From positions 6,324,001-6,388,000 of the forward strand of contig JBHGNT010000013.1 of the NCBI GenBank assembly GCA_043228905.1: DNA of 64,000 bases. The letters run 5' to 3'. Below the pieces are notes generated by a model, which saw nothing but the letters and a program-made list of their open reading frames with translations, had not been told where the DNA came from and made no database searches. Shown in pieces: positions 62,901-64,000 of the stretch. Within the stretch, counting starts at the first letter, position 1. Each line of letters begins with the position of its first letter. Made by a program: the position numbers and the translations under genes. Source of the DNA: Azolla caroliniana. Its lineage: Eukaryota > Plantae > Polypodiophyta.

Positions 62901-64000
62901 AGCAGGTACGACGGGGAGTGGCTCCAAATCGGGAGGTTCCTGCGGACGATGACGCCGGACGCAGCATGGACGAGAGAAGAGGCGAACCGGGTACGGAAGA
63001 AGGCGTACCGATTCTTCCTGCGGGACAAGTGCATATGGAGGCACCCAAAGAAGAGAAACGGTATCCTGCTCCGAGTAGTGGCAAAGAAAGAAGAACAGGA
63101 GGAACTACTGGTGGCATTTCATGAGAGTTCCTGGGCCGGGCACCGCGGAACGTGGGCCACATTCGAGAAGTTGAAGGAGAAGTACTGGTGGCCGGGGCTG
63201 TACCAAGACGTGCATCGGTTCGTAACGACTTGTGAAAGCTGTCAAATGCACTCTGTAGTCCGACATCGGGACGAGCTACACCCGACTTACCCGCCTGCGG
63301 TCCATTTCAAGTGGATGGTGGACTTGGTGACGATGCCGATGGGAGTAGGACAGATGTGATACCTGGTACTTGCGCGGGAAGACTTAACGAACCAGGTGGA
63401 AGGCCGTGCACTGCAGAACAAGACAACCGCGGTGGTATGCCGGTTCGGGATCGAAGAGCTAGTGTGTCGGTACGGGTGCATCGGGACCGGGGAGAGCTAG
63501 ATGCGCGAGAAGCTGAGGAGCTGTTCGACCGGTTGGGCGTCAAACTCTCCCTCACTACGGCGTACAATCCGGAGGCGAACGGGAAGGTAGATCGTGGGCA
63601 TGGGCCAATCATAAAGGAGTTGGTGCGTGCATGCGGAGGGCAGGTCGGGAATTGGCCACGGCTCCTTCCTTACGCACTATGGGCAGAGCTGATGTACGGA
63701 CAGAAGCCGATCATGATAGTAGAACGGACGGTTTCTTCATGGGCGGCGGTAGATTGGAAGGACGAGATGAGCCGGGAGGAGTTGCTGGCGGCGCGGATTC
63801 GGCAACTCGAGCAGAGGCCGGAGGACATAAAAAGGGCGAAGGAAAAGTTGCGGGTGGCAAGGGAGCGGAACAAGACCCGGTTCAACCAGACGCATCGGTT
63901 GCGGCCAAAGCAGATCGAGGAAGGCGACTGGGTCTTGGTGTACGACAACAACCTCGACAATCAGCACAAGGCGGTGCGAAAGTTTGCTAGGAGGTGGTTC
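59949..64000 (+). mobile_element. Gypsy element G, 3' part: gag C-terminus + protease (to 60766), RT-RNase H-integrase (~60895 to window end), lightly degenerate
   Basis: LVDHGSEINLM; YSNRWFTVPKKNGTLRFIQDL, DLYSGYDQF, LPQGGTNS, PFLDDIPIKG; IETDCLP; HESSWAGHRG..CESCQ; TTAYNPEANGKV. Confidence 0.92.

Overview
Eukaryotic land-plant genomic DNA; a seed-free vascular plant such as a fern is suspected from the element mix (inference only). Bases 1-~15 kb are gene space. They hold a complete six-exon HP30/TRIC-type Tim17/22/23 (PRAT)+SAM gene (512-3898, +), a convergent DUF688-like gene (ATG 10485, -), micro/minisatellites, a tRNA-derived SINE-like piece and an L1 3' fragment. Bases ~15.3-64 kb are a nested LTR-retrotransposon block of about 12 Copia/Gypsy elements or fragments, resolved by eye from LTRs, PBS/PPT and TSDs. 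It includes a three-level nest (A 27215-48623 > B 33664-44648 > C 38843-44010, plus D 27768-32914), and C is intact and very young. Highlights: (1) a ~35.9-kb apparently reciprocal inversion (24066-59946) that splits one Copia and one Gypsy at a 2-bp microhomology; (2) a tRNA-derived Pol III A/B-box module inside a chromovirus LTR, homologous to a free-standing copy at 11.5 kb; (3) a 5x73-bp gag-derived array where that chromovirus's 5' LTR should be; (4) a nested element whose LTRs are more diverged than its host's. All counts and alignments were done by eye, and lineage names are inferences from motifs.
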